Positions 1-9,660 of a stretch of DNA of 64,000 bases are shown piece after piece (position 1 is the first letter of the stretch; every line of letters starts with the position of its first letter). Where the stretch lies: NCBI GenBank assembly GCA_038215615.1, contig JBBQQR010000008.1:1-64000 (forward strand), given 5' to 3'. The notes under the pieces were generated by a model. It was not told where the DNA came from and made no database searches. It saw only the letters and a list, made by a program, of their open reading frames with translations. The translations under genes were made by a program, and so were the position numbers. Source of the DNA: Vulcanimicrobiales bacterium (GTDB taxonomy: Bacteria > Vulcanimicrobiota > Vulcanimicrobiia > Vulcanimicrobiales > Vulcanimicrobiaceae).

Positions 1-257
1 TCGATATCGTCGTGCACGAGCGAGTAGTTGTGAAGTATTTCAATTGCGGCGGCCGCATCGAGCGCATCTTCAACCGCACCGCCCTCAGCGCCGGCTACAC
101 AGAGCAGTAGACGCGGACGCAGCCGCTTGCCGCGTTTGGCCGGGCCGTATTCTCCGAAACCGAAATGGTAGAGCAGCATATCGGAAATCTGCGGAGATCC
201 CCGATAGTCCCTGATCGTATCTTCGAGATGGGTTTCAAAGAGATCAGGCTGGTTGAC
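1..257 (-). CDS. Polyprenyl synthetase family protein (IspA/GGPP synthase-like), runs off the window start; start codon uncertain
   Basis: Manual translation of the minus strand gives ...DMLLYHFGFGEYGPAKRGKRLRPRLLL...DAAAAIEILHNYSLVHDDI, containing GKRLRP and the start of the first DDxxD motif. Directly downstream of ispH. First in-frame ATG is at 179; the frame stays open upstream, with a GTC at 257 lying 7 nt after GGAGGAG. Confidence 0.85.
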
Positions 258-1086
258 GGGCGAGCTCCTCCATGCGCTGCGCCACGTTGTCCACGAGCCA
301 GCCGGGAGTCGAGGCGCCCGACATGAGTCCCGCAGTGCGCACGCCGTTAAACCAGCGAGCTTCCAGCTCGTCCGGGCCTTCGATGTGATAAGCTTTGGCG
401 CCGTGGAGCTCTGAGAGCTCGGCGAGATGCTTTGTGTTGGCCGACGTCTTGCCGCCGACGACCACCATGACTTCGACTTCCTTCGAAAGCTCGAGCGCTT
501 CGGTCTGGCGGTTGTTTGTGTCGGTGCAGATCGTGTTGACGGCGCGGACTTCATAGTACTTGGCGATGAGCGCGCGCACGATGTCCGTGAAACGCTCGCG
601 CGAATACGTCGACTGCACGACCACGCCCACGCGCGATCCGCGCGGGAGCTTCTCCACGTCTTCGACAGTTTCGACGCACCAGGCTCCCGGCACGTGGCTG
701 AGCGTACCCTTGACTTCTGGATGATTGGGATCGCCAACGACAATGATCTTGTAGCCGTCGGCTTTTAGTTTTTCGGCCTGCACGTGAATCTTGGTCACCA
801 TCGGGCACGTCGCGTCGATGATCTCCAGGCCTTTTTCTTTGGCTTTTTCGTAAACCTCAACCGGCAAGCCGTGTGCGCGCACGAAGAGAGCGCCCGTGTC
901 GACCTCGTCAACGGACGTGGCATTTTTCAGCCCCCGCTGCTCGAGGGATTCAACCATCTGCGGATTGTGGACGACATGACCGAGCGTCGTCACGGTTTCG
1001 CGCGCGTCGATCGCTTCTTCGGCCTTCTTCAGCGTTATGGCAACGCCGAAGCAAAAGCCCTGGACTTTCGCCTTCTTAATCTCCAC
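244..1086 (-). CDS. ispH: 4-hydroxy-3-methylbut-2-enyl diphosphate reductase
   Basis: GFCFGV, VHNP, DATCP, NTICxxT and SANT motifs with the three Fe-S cysteines. Confidence 0.96.
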   Translation of the reverse strand: MEIKKAKVQGFCFGVAITLKKAEEAIDARETVTTLGHVVHNPQMVESLEQRGLKNATSVDEVDTGALFVRAHGLPVEVYEKAKEKGLEIIDATCPMVTKIHVQAEKLKADGYKIIVVGDPNHPEVKGTLSHVPGAWCVETVEDVEKLPRGSRVGVVVQSTYSRERFTDIVRALIAKYYEVRAVNTICTDTNNRQTEALELSKEVEVMVVVGGKTSANTKHLAELSELHGAKAYHIEGPDELEARWFNGVRTAGLMSGASTPGWLVDNVAQRMEELARQPA

Positions 1087-1672
1087 CGGTAGTCTCCGGG
1101 AGCTTATGAATCGCTTGCATCACCTGTTCCGTAAAGTTCGCCAACTCTTCGCGAGTCGCTTTCCGGCCCGCCGGCAGGCTCAGGGGGGAGCCGAAAATCA
1201 CCTCAAACCGGCGGAAACGGGCGGGATTGCGCGTACCGACGACCGCCGCCGGCACGACGACCGCCTTTCCTAAGGAAGCCAGCAGTGCAACGCCTCCACG
1301 CGCCTGCACGGTTCCGTCGAGATTTCTCGTGCCCTCCGGGAAAATGCCGATGACCCCGCCGCCACGCAGTACGTCGACCGAGCGGCGGACCGCCGCCATC
1401 GGCGGGCCGGTCCGATCGACCGGATAGGCGCCGAAGCCAGCTATCAGTGGACCCAGTATGGGGATTTTGAAAAGACTGGCTTTGGCCATGTACCGGATGC
1501 GCCGCGGACAGGCCGTTCCGAGCAGCGGCGGATCGAAATACGAGATGTGATTGCAGGCGACGATCACCGCACCCGCGGCGGGCACGTTCTGCGCGCCGGA
1601 AACCCGCATGCGCCACAACGTAAAGATGAAGCCGAGCGAGAGTTTGGCGGCGTCGTAGAGCCAATCGATCAT
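1076..1672 (-). CDS. plsC: 1-acyl-sn-glycerol-3-phosphate acyltransferase
   Basis: NHxSxxD and FPEGTR motifs; ATG at 1672 overlaps the cmk stop (ATGA); conserved cmk-plsC-ispH order. Confidence 0.92.
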   Translation of the reverse strand: MIDWLYDAAKLSLGFIFTLWRMRVSGAQNVPAAGAVIVACNHISYFDPPLLGTACPRRIRYMAKASLFKIPILGPLIAGFGAYPVDRTGPPMAAVRRSVDVLRGGGVIGIFPEGTRNLDGTVQARGGVALLASLGKAVVVPAAVVGTRNPARFRRFEVIFGSPLSLPAGRKATREELANFTEQVMQAIHKLPETTGGD

Positions 1673-2340
1673 CCGAGCAACGCGCAGATCTCGTCGAGCA
1701 CTTGATCGGCCGTCAAGTTGCTTGAATCGATCGCGTGGGCGTCGGACGCCTTTGCCAGCGGTGAGATTTTTCGCGTTTCGTCCAACCGGTCGCGTTCTTC
1801 TATTTCTTGCGTCAACTCGTGAGTGCTGACGTCCATGCCCGCACTCTCCAATTGCGCCCGCCTTCGCCGCACGCGCGCGGCCACCGAGGCGGTCAGAAAA
1901 ATCTTGCACGGCGCTTGGGGGAGAACCACGGTGCCGATGTCACGCCCTGCCATCACGACGGAGCCTTCCGCTGCGATTCGGCGCTGTTCGCGCACCATCG
2001 CTTCGCGCACGAGCGCATGAGCGGCGACGATCGAAACGACGGCGGTAACGACCGGCGATTCCAACTCGTCCTGCGTCAGCTCCGCCTCTTTCCAAAAGAC
2101 GCGAAAACCGAGCTGCGCTTCGCCGTCCAGACTCATGCTGATCTGCCGATCGAACAGACGAACGAGTGCGCTCTCGTTGTCGACGTCCGTTTGTGTCTGC
2201 AAAGCGGCATAGGCAAGCGCGCGGTACATCGCGCCGGTATCCACGTACGCCACGCCCAAACGCTGAGCGAGGAGACGCGCAACCGTCGTCTTTCCGGACG
2301 CAGCGGGACCGTCGATCGCGATCTGCAGAGATGCGGGCAC
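1669..2340 (-). CDS. cmk: Cytidylate kinase
   Basis: IAIDGPAASGKTT, DTGAMYRA and GRDIGTVV motifs. Confidence 0.96.
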   Translation of the reverse strand: MPASLQIAIDGPAASGKTTVARLLAQRLGVAYVDTGAMYRALAYAALQTQTDVDNESALVRLFDRQISMSLDGEAQLGFRVFWKEAELTQDELESPVVTAVVSIVAAHALVREAMVREQRRIAAEGSVVMAGRDIGTVVLPQAPCKIFLTASVAARVRRRRAQLESAGMDVSTHELTQEIEERDRLDETRKISPLAKASDAHAIDSSNLTADQVLDEICALLG

Positions 2341-2394
2341 GTAACCCCTCTTTTGCGCGAGGCCGGAGCGCGCCTCGCGCCTAACTGCGCAATC

Positions 2395-3717
2395 GTGGCA
2401 AAGGCGCGGTCCGTGTACTTCTGCTCGGCGTGCGGTTTTGAATCGCCGCGTTGGCTCGGCCGCTGCCCGCAGTGCGAGGCGTGGAACTCTTTCGACGAGC
2501 GCCCAATGCGCGTCACGCCGGCCCGCTCGCGCCCAACTTCTCGCGTCTCAGATGCGGGCGGCCCGATTCCGCTCCGCGAGGTCGACCGCTCCGCGACAAC
2601 CCGATCGACTACCGGGCTGCGCGAATTCGACGCCGTCCTCGGCGGCGGTATCGTACCCGGAAGCGTCACGCTGATCGGCGGCCCCCCAGGCGCGGGCAAA
2701 TCTACGCTGCTGCTGCAGATCGCAGCCAATCTGGCGGGCGACAGTGGGCCCGTTGTCTATGTCTGCGGCGAGGAGTCGGCCGCCCAAGTGCGTCTCCGGG
2801 CGGAGCGGCTCGAACTCGGCGAACGCGAGATATTGATCTATCCGGAAACAAATCTGCGCGTCGTACTCGACGCGATGGAAAAGCTGGCGCCGCGCGCGCT
2901 GATTATCGATTCAATTCAAACGGTTTGGCTGCCTGAAGCCGAGTCCTACGCCGGCAGCGTCACGCAAGTCCGCGACTGCGCGCAGGCCGCAATGGAGTTT
3001 TCAAAACGCACGAACTGCGCCACGTTCGTCGTGGGCCACGTGACGAAGGACGGCGCGATCGCGGGACCACGGCTGCTGGAGCACTTGGTCGATACCGTTC
3101 TCTATTTCGAGGGCGACGTCAACAGCGACCACCGGATTCTGCGCGCATATAAGAACCGGTTCGGCAGCGTTGACGAGATCTGCGTTTTCACGATGCAGCC
3201 CGACGGCCTGCACGAAGTCAGCAATCCGTCCGAACTCTTTCTTTCCGGCCGCCACGGCCGCCCCAGCGGTTCGTGCGTCGTTGCGGGGATCGTCGGTTCG
3301 CGTCCCGTGCTGATCGAAATTCAGGCGCTCGTCGGGGAAACGAGCTATGGAACGCCGCGGCGTCTTGCAAACAACGTCGATCAGGGACGGCTCGCGATGA
3401 TCATCGCGGTCCTCGAACGCCGCGTCGGTTTGCAACTGGGGTCGCACGACGTGTATGCGTCGGTCGCAGGCGGCTTGCGCGTGAACGAGCCGGCCGCCGA
3501 CCTGGGCATCGCGCTGGCAATCGCGTCGTCGTTCCGCAACCGCCCGCTTCCGGCTGACGCCGTGGCGTTTGGCGAGCTCGGACTATCGGGCGAAGTGCGC
3601 GCCGTTACCGCTTCGGCCCGGCGGATTGCCGAAGCGAACAAACTCGGCTACCGCACACTTTTTACGCCGCAGAATTGCAGCGACGTCGCGCAGGCTATCG
3701 AAGCGGCATTGGCGTGA
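2395..3717 (+). CDS. radA: DNA repair protein RadA/Sms
   Basis: N-terminal C4 zinc finger (CSACG...CPQC), Walker A GPPGAGKST, KNRFG motif, Lon-like C-terminus. Start set at GTG 2395; the upstream extension in the ORF track overlaps cmk. Confidence 0.96.
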   Translation: MAKARSVYFCSACGFESPRWLGRCPQCEAWNSFDERPMRVTPARSRPTSRVSDAGGPIPLREVDRSATTRSTTGLREFDAVLGGGIVPGSVTLIGGPPGAGKSTLLLQIAANLAGDSGPVVYVCGEESAAQVRLRAERLELGEREILIYPETNLRVVLDAMEKLAPRALIIDSIQTVWLPEAESYAGSVTQVRDCAQAAMEFSKRTNCATFVVGHVTKDGAIAGPRLLEHLVDTVLYFEGDVNSDHRILRAYKNRFGSVDEICVFTMQPDGLHEVSNPSELFLSGRHGRPSGSCVVAGIVGSRPVLIEIQALVGETSYGTPRRLANNVDQGRLAMIIAVLERRVGLQLGSHDVYASVAGGLRVNEPAADLGIALAIASSFRNRPLPADAVAFGELGLSGEVRAVTASARRIAEANKLGYRTLFTPQNCSDVAQAIEAALA

Positions 3718-4577
3718 GATGGCTGGAGTGCGTACCGAACATCTCTGAGGGCCGCGAACTTGCGACGGTGGCGGCATGCGTTGCGGCGGTTGAAGACGCA
3801 GGGGCTCGCGTCATCCACCAAACGAGCGATCCCGTGCACAACCGCAGCGTGCTGACGACGGTCGGAACCTATGAATCGCTGCGCGAAGCCGCCGTGGCGC
3901 TGGCAGCGGTAACCGTCGAACGCATCGATTTGCGCACGCATAGCGGCGTGCATCCGCGAATCGGTGCGCTCGACGTCCTGCCGTTCGTTCCATTGCGCGG
4001 AGCGACCATGAAAGATGCGGTCGCGCTCGCGCGCGAAACCGCGGCTGCCATCTGGCAACGCCTGCGCGTTCCTTCCTTCTTATATGGGGAAGCGGCGAGC
4101 ACGCCGCTGCGCCGGAATCTCGCCGCCGTTCGTGAGGGCGAGTTCGAAGGCTTGGAAGCGCGCTTCGATCTGCCCGGCTGGAGTCCCGACTTCGGCGAAG
4201 TTTCCAAACACGCAAGCGCCGGAGCAATCGCGGTCGGCGCCCGCGACGTGCTGATCGCATTCAACGTGGAGCTGGCGACGGGCGATCTGGCCTTGGCCAA
4301 GGCAATCGCTAAGCAGCTGCGGGAACGCGACGGCGGATTTCGCACACTCAAAGCTTTGGGTCTGCGTCTGCGTGACGATTTGGTGCAAATCTCCCTGAAC
4401 GTCACGAACTACCGCCTTACTCCGCTCTACCGGATTGTCGAAACCATTCGCGCGATGGCAAGGCAAGCGGGGACGCAGGTCGTGCGCTCTGAATTGATCG
4501 GGTGTCTGCCATTTTCCGCTGTCGAAGACAGCGCTCGCTATTATTTGGAAGCATCTGATTTCGGAGAAAGCCTGTGA
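3714..4577 (+). CDS. ftcD: Glutamate formimidoyltransferase (FTCD transferase domain)
   Basis: ECVPNISEGR, DPVHNRSV, HPRIGALDVLPFVP and SELIG motifs; GTG overlaps the radA stop. Confidence 0.9.
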   Translation: MRWLECVPNISEGRELATVAACVAAVEDAGARVIHQTSDPVHNRSVLTTVGTYESLREAAVALAAVTVERIDLRTHSGVHPRIGALDVLPFVPLRGATMKDAVALARETAAAIWQRLRVPSFLYGEAASTPLRRNLAAVREGEFEGLEARFDLPGWSPDFGEVSKHASAGAIAVGARDVLIAFNVELATGDLALAKAIAKQLRERDGGFRTLKALGLRLRDDLVQISLNVTNYRLTPLYRIVETIRAMARQAGTQVVRSELIGCLPFSAVEDSARYYLEASDFGESL

Positions 4578-5044
4578 ACCAATCGCAAAATCCCTTGCTG
4601 ACGGCCCAGCAGGTCGAAAATCATCCGCTCGTTGACGACGTCAACGCTCTTCATCACGAGCGGTTGACTCCGATCGAGCGCACATGCAAAAAAATCGCCG
4701 ACGCGACCGGCGCGCCGGCAGCACTCATGCTCGCCATTATCGTTCAGGTGGTGTGGGTCGCAACCGGCATTCTTGCCAAATGGGATCCCTTTCCCTTCGT
4801 CTTCTTGCTGACGTGCTCGAACATCATTCAGTTGATCCTAATCTTCGTGATCGCGGTCGCTCAGCGCCAGCAAAGTCAGCACGATGAAATTCGCGCCGAA
4901 GCCGATCACGACTCGATTTCGCGCCTGCTCTACCATCAGCAGCTGCAGGATCAGATTCTGCTGCGCTTGGCCGAGCGCGCCGGCGTTGACGTCAGCGATC
5001 TGGAAAGCACGGTAAAAACGCTCCTGGGTCCGGCCACCGCATGA
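4574..5044 (+). CDS. DUF1003-like membrane protein
   Basis: Two hydrophobic segments around WDPFPFVFL, followed by a Q-rich ...AQRQQSQHD...AEAD region typical of DUF1003. Confidence 0.7.
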   Translation: MNQSQNPLLTAQQVENHPLVDDVNALHHERLTPIERTCKKIADATGAPAALMLAIIVQVVWVATGILAKWDPFPFVFLLTCSNIIQLILIFVIAVAQRQQSQHDEIRAEADHDSISRLLYHQQLQDQILLRLAERAGVDVSDLESTVKTLLGPATA

Positions 5045-7734
5045 TGAAACTCGTGTCGGCTCTGGCGCTGGCGGTCGCATTGACCGGCCTGAGCGCGGCG
5101 CAGGCGCAAACGGGCCGCGCGGGCATCGGCGACAGCGGCATTTACCAAACACGGCTCGCCAATGGCCTAAAAGTGATCGTGGTTGAAGATCACGCGGCGC
5201 CCGTCGCGCACACATCGATGTGGTACCGGTTCGGTTCCTTAGACGAAACGCCCGGCAAGACGGGGCTGTCGCACGCGCTCGAACACATGATGTTCCGCGG
5301 GACCGGTTCGATTTCGGCGGGCGGCCTCGACGATATCGTCGCACGGCTCGGCGCGGAAATGAACGGGCAAACAAATTACGACTACACGCAATATCTTTTC
5401 GACGTGCCGGCAGACCGTGTGGCCGTCGCCATGCAAATCGAAGCGGACCGCATGCAGCATGCCGCGATCGCGCCGCAAGAATGGGCGATCGAACGCCGGG
5501 CAGTCCTCAACGAACTCGACGGCGACGACAGCTCGCCGTTCTACAATCTTCTCTCGCGAGTTCGCGCTGCGGCATACCCCGGATCGCCGGCCGGCAGAAC
5601 GCCGGCGGGACTGCGAGCCGATGTAGCCAGAGCGAGCGCAGCCGACATCCGGCGCTACTACGAAAACTGGTACGCACCGGGCAATGCGGCCCTCGTCGTG
5701 GCCGGCGACGTCCATCACGCCGCGATTTTCGCGCTGGCCAATACATACTTCGGAAGCATTCCAGCGCGGCCGGCTCCCTCGCACCTAGCCGTCCGTCCGC
5801 ATGCGGCCCAGGGGCAACGCGTAGAGGCGGAGTTTCCGTTTCCGTTCGAAGTCCTCGATCTCGCCTACGCCGCTCCAGGTGACACGGAGCCCGGCGAACC
5901 GGCGATCAGCACCCTGGCTTCGCTGATTCCAAACGAACGGGGTCCCTTTTATCAGGCCCTGGTCGAATCGAATATTGCCCTCGATCTTTCCGCAAACGCC
6001 GATACGCAACTGCACGGCGGCCTGCTGCACGTCTTCGTGATCATGAACGGCGGACACAACGCCGCGGAGGCGGAGCAGGTCTTCCAGGGCGTGATGGACC
6101 GCGTCTTGCAAAGCGGTTTCGATCCAGAACTCGTCGGGGCGGCCAAACGCGCCACGATCGCCGAACGCACGTTTTCAGCGGACTCGATCGGCGGATACGG
6201 CGATCTCTCCGGCTATACGTACGGCATCATCGGTGAACGCAACCGCGACGAAGACAATCGCCTGGCCGCGCTGACGCCGGCCGATTTGCTGAGCACCGCG
6301 AAAACCTATCTAGCGAAACCGACGGTCGTGGGGCACCTCACGCCGAACGAAAAACCCGCGGCCAGAACCTCCCAAAAAACCGATGCGGCCAACTCCGACA
6401 ATTTCACCGGTCGTACGCCGAGCGGCCCCGTGGTCGAACCGCCCGCGATTCGCACGGCACTTGCGCAACCGAGTACCGCTCGCAGCAAACTCGCGCCGGT
6501 ACGGTTTACGCTGGCTAACGGCTTGACGGTTATCGTTCAGGAAAAGCACGATAGGCCGACGATCTACGTCCGCGGTGAAATCGCCTCATCTCCGGGTTTC
6601 GCGCCCTCCGGACAGGAAGGCATCGCGCGCCTGGCGTCGGTGATGGCGCCTTTCGGCAGCGAGCATTACGATTTCACGCACTTTCGGAAGGTAACCGACG
6701 ACATCGGCGCATCAGTCGATCTCGGACAATCGTTTTCGGCACAAGGATACGCGCAAGATTTCGAAACGCTGCTGGGCGTGCTGGCCGACGGTGAAGAGCA
6801 TCCGGCGTTCCCGGAGCACTGGCTTTCCTTAGAACGCGGACAACTTTCCAATACCGTGCAGATGGAAGAAAACGTTTCCGGCAATATGGTGACCCGCGCG
6901 TACCTGCAGAGTCTGCTCGCGCCCAGCGATCCGTCGCTGCGTTTTGCGACGCCGCTTTCCGTTGCGGCCATCACGCGCGCGGACTTACTGGCATACGCAC
7001 AAAAATATTGGCGCCCCGACCTCACGACGATCGCCATCGTCGGCGATATTACGCCGGCGCGCGCGCGCAAAGCCGTCGAAGCAGCCTTCGGCACGTGGAC
7101 GAACGCCGGGCCTACGCCGGGGGTTACGCTTCCCGCCATTCCGCCGGCGCATTCCGGGCACGATTACATCGGCACGGACGCCAACCAAGTCTTCATCCAG
7201 CTGGGGCAACCCGCGGTCGCGCGCACGAGTCCGGACTACGACGCCTTTGAACTGCTGACGGAGATCATCGGTGGCCCGGGCTATTTCGAATCGCGCTTGT
7301 GGCAGGAACTGCGTCAGAAGCGCGGACTGGTCTACAATGTCTCGAGCGAAATGAAAAGCGACAAAGATCGCGGCGACTTAGAGATCGACCTGAACGCATC
7401 GCCGGCCAACGTCGCGCCTTCGATCGCGCTGGTGCGCGAGCAGCTCGACCGCCTGCGGACGCAACCGATCTCCGAATCTGAACTCGCCAGCGCCAAAATT
7501 CGGCTGATTTCATCGGCGCTGCTTTCGGAAGCATCGGCACGCGGCCAGCTTTCACAGATTCTCAGCCTCGCTCAAAACGATTTGCCGGGCGATTATTTCG
7601 CAACGCTGCAGACTCGCTACGCGAACATCACGCCAGCCGACATTCAGCGCGTGGCGCGCAAGTATTTGCAGCCGGACCAACTGATCCAAATCTACGCCGG
7701 GCCCATGGGACCGTGGGCCGAGCATGCCATCTGA
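5041..7734 (+). CDS. M16 family zinc peptidase (pitrilysin/PqqL-like), exported
   Basis: Signal peptide, inverted zinc motif HALEH, duplicated LANGLxVIV halves, SRLWQELRQKRGLVY. Confidence 0.92.
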   Translation: MMKLVSALALAVALTGLSAAQAQTGRAGIGDSGIYQTRLANGLKVIVVEDHAAPVAHTSMWYRFGSLDETPGKTGLSHALEHMMFRGTGSISAGGLDDIVARLGAEMNGQTNYDYTQYLFDVPADRVAVAMQIEADRMQHAAIAPQEWAIERRAVLNELDGDDSSPFYNLLSRVRAAAYPGSPAGRTPAGLRADVARASAADIRRYYENWYAPGNAALVVAGDVHHAAIFALANTYFGSIPARPAPSHLAVRPHAAQGQRVEAEFPFPFEVLDLAYAAPGDTEPGEPAISTLASLIPNERGPFYQALVESNIALDLSANADTQLHGGLLHVFVIMNGGHNAAEAEQVFQGVMDRVLQSGFDPELVGAAKRATIAERTFSADSIGGYGDLSGYTYGIIGERNRDEDNRLAALTPADLLSTAKTYLAKPTVVGHLTPNEKPAARTSQKTDAANSDNFTGRTPSGPVVEPPAIRTALAQPSTARSKLAPVRFTLANGLTVIVQEKHDRPTIYVRGEIASSPGFAPSGQEGIARLASVMAPFGSEHYDFTHFRKVTDDIGASVDLGQSFSAQGYAQDFETLLGVLADGEEHPAFPEHWLSLERGQLSNTVQMEENVSGNMVTRAYLQSLLAPSDPSLRFATPLSVAAITRADLLAYAQKYWRPDLTTIAIVGDITPARARKAVEAAFGTWTNAGPTPGVTLPAIPPAHSGHDYIGTDANQVFIQLGQPAVARTSPDYDAFELLTEIIGGPGYFESRLWQELRQKRGLVYNVSSEMKSDKDRGDLEIDLNASPANVAPSIALVREQLDRLRTQPISESELASAKIRLISSALLSEASARGQLSQILSLAQNDLPGDYFATLQTRYANITPADIQRVARKYLQPDQLIQIYAGPMGPWAEHAI

Positions 7735-9130
7735 AATCGTAACGGTCGATCCCTCCTCGGGAAAGACCCTGGAACGATTTCCGTACATGACCCCGGCCGA
7801 AATCGACACGCGCTTAGATGCGGGCGTTTCCGCATACCGCTCTTGGCGCGCCAAATCGTTTGGCGCCCGCGCGCTGCTGCTGCATGCGCTAGCCGATGGT
7901 CTACGCACCGAACGGCAGACGTTGGCGCAAACCGCGGTACGCGAAATGGGGAAACCGATCGCGCAAGCCCTTGCGGAGGTTGAGAAGTGCGCGTGGTCTT
8001 GCGACTATTTTGCCGAACATGCTGCCGCTCTGCTCGCCGACCGGCCGGTCGAGAGCAACGCCTCGCGCAGCGCCATCGCCTTTCGTCCGCTAGGCGTGAT
8101 CTTTGCGATCATGCCTTGGAATTTTCCCTATTGGCAAGTCTTTCGCGCAGCTGCACCCGCGCTAATGTCCGGAAACGCCGTCGCATTAAAGCACGCCGAC
8201 CGCACCACGCGTTGCGCGCTCGAAATCGAGCGCATCTTCATCGAAGCCGGCGCGCCACAAGGGCTGTTTTCCACTCTGCTGATCGAGAACGCGATCGCGG
8301 ACGAACGAATCTCCGACGAGCGCATCGCCGCAGTTACGCTGACCGGAAGCGGGCGCGCCGGCGTCGCGGTTGCCTCGGCCGCGGGCGCCGCCCTCAAGAA
8401 ATGCTTGCTCGAACTCGGCGGTTCCGATCCGTTCATCGTGCGGGGCGACGCCGATGTAGGCTTGGCCGTCCAATTCGCGGTGAAGGCCCGCTTTCAAAAC
8501 AACGGCCAGAGCTGCATCGCCGCGAAACGCTTTATCGTCGAAGACGGACTTTATGATCGGTTCGTGCGCGGCTTCGCCCAAGCAGCTGCGGCGCAGCGAA
8601 TCGGCGATCCGATGGATCCGCAAACGCAGCTCGGTCCGTGCGCGCGCCGCGATTTGCGCGATTCGCTCGAGCGTCAGGTCACGCAGAGCGTGGCCGCCGG
8701 AGCACACATCGTCACCGGCGGAAAATCACTCGATCGCGACGGATTTTTCTTCGAACCGACGATCGTGGCCGACGTCCTTGCGGGCATGCCGATGTTCGAC
8801 GAAGAGACCTTCGGCCCGGCCGCAGCGGTTACGCGATCCCGCGACGATGCACACGCAATCGAACTTGCCAACGATTCGACCTTCGGCTTGGGGGCCAACA
8901 TCTGGACGCGCGACGTCGATCGCGCAAGGCAGATGGCCGCGCAGATCGAAGCGGGCATGGTTTTCATCAACGGAATGGTCGCCAGCGATCCGCGCCTGCC
9001 CTTCGGCGGGGTCAAACGCAGCGGCTACGGGCGCGAGCTATCCGAGTTCGGCATCCACGAATTCGTCAACGTTCAAACCGTGTGGGTTGGCCCCGAACGC
9101 AAGAACGAGAGCGCGGCCGCGGCGGAGTAG
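7724..9130 (+). CDS. NAD(P)-dependent succinate-semialdehyde dehydrogenase-like aldehyde dehydrogenase
   Basis: MPWNFP, LELGGSD, GQSCIAAKR, EETFGP and PFGGVKRSGYGREL motifs. Confidence 0.88.
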   Translation: MPSEIVTVDPSSGKTLERFPYMTPAEIDTRLDAGVSAYRSWRAKSFGARALLLHALADGLRTERQTLAQTAVREMGKPIAQALAEVEKCAWSCDYFAEHAAALLADRPVESNASRSAIAFRPLGVIFAIMPWNFPYWQVFRAAAPALMSGNAVALKHADRTTRCALEIERIFIEAGAPQGLFSTLLIENAIADERISDERIAAVTLTGSGRAGVAVASAAGAALKKCLLELGGSDPFIVRGDADVGLAVQFAVKARFQNNGQSCIAAKRFIVEDGLYDRFVRGFAQAAAAQRIGDPMDPQTQLGPCARRDLRDSLERQVTQSVAAGAHIVTGGKSLDRDGFFFEPTIVADVLAGMPMFDEETFGPAAAVTRSRDDAHAIELANDSTFGLGANIWTRDVDRARQMAAQIEAGMVFINGMVASDPRLPFGGVKRSGYGRELSEFGIHEFVNVQTVWVGPERKNESAAAAE

Positions 9131-9155
9131 CCGGTGCAAACTCGGACATCCACCG

Positions 9156-9550
9156 TTGTTTCGTCAGCATTTTGAACGCATGATCCCAACTGCCGGTCCG
9201 AATGCCGTAGTGACCCAGACGATGCACATCGGTTCGAGGGATCGCGACTCTTCGATTCCGCATAAGTCCGAAACCGCGCCTTGCCAGCCCAACGACTCAA
9301 TCAGTTGCGTGACGGTCTTTTTGGCGCCGTCATCGTTGCCGGCGATAAACATCGTCGGAGGACCGCTTGGAAGCTTCGGGTCGACCATGAATTGGTTGCC
9401 GATAGTATTGAATGCCTTGACGACTTTCGCATCGGGAAACTAACGCTGAACCTCTTCACCGGCAGAGTTATCGAAGCCGACCGACAGCTCGGGCATCTTG
9501 GCTTCGTCGAATTTCAACGGGTTGGTGCAGTCGATAACAGGCTTGCCCGA
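9156..9550 (-). pseudogene. Decayed NADPH-dependent F420 reductase-like (dinucleotide-binding) oxidoreductase
   Basis: Reads KPVIDCTNPL...SAGEEVQR*FPDAKVVKAFNTIG...FIAGNDDGAKKTV...LEPMCIVW. In-frame TAG at 9440-9442; frameshift near 9213 before the HYGIRTGSWDHAFKML tail; N-terminal Rossmann motif absent. Confidence 0.85.
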
Positions 9551-9602
9551 AATTCGCAGGCCCGGCCACGCCTCTCGTCTGGCACGCCGTGCGCGCTGCG
9601 TT

Positions 9603-9645
9603 CCTTCGAACAAGCTCAGGATGGCATCCCGACACGCTCGTCGGG
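9603..9645 (-). repeat. REP-like palindromic element, degenerate intergenic copy
   Basis: Minus strand TGCCATCCT-GAGCTTGTTCGA-AGG (9626..9603), plus the adjacent hairpin CCCGAC-ACGCTC-GTCGGG (9628-9645); same family as the copies at 26881, 42144 and 43537. Confidence 0.75.
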
Positions 9646-9660
9646 ACAACTGCGGGGCTG

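Noticed and set aside
1807..2394. 196-aa N-terminal extension of RadA in the ORF track
   Set aside because: It is antisense to cmk; RadA homology starts at the zinc finger (GTG 2395).
9440..9442. In-frame TAG as possible stop-codon readthrough or pyrrolysine recoding
   Set aside because: The same gene has a frameshift and lacks its N-terminus, and TAG ends many normal genes here; decay is the simpler explanation.
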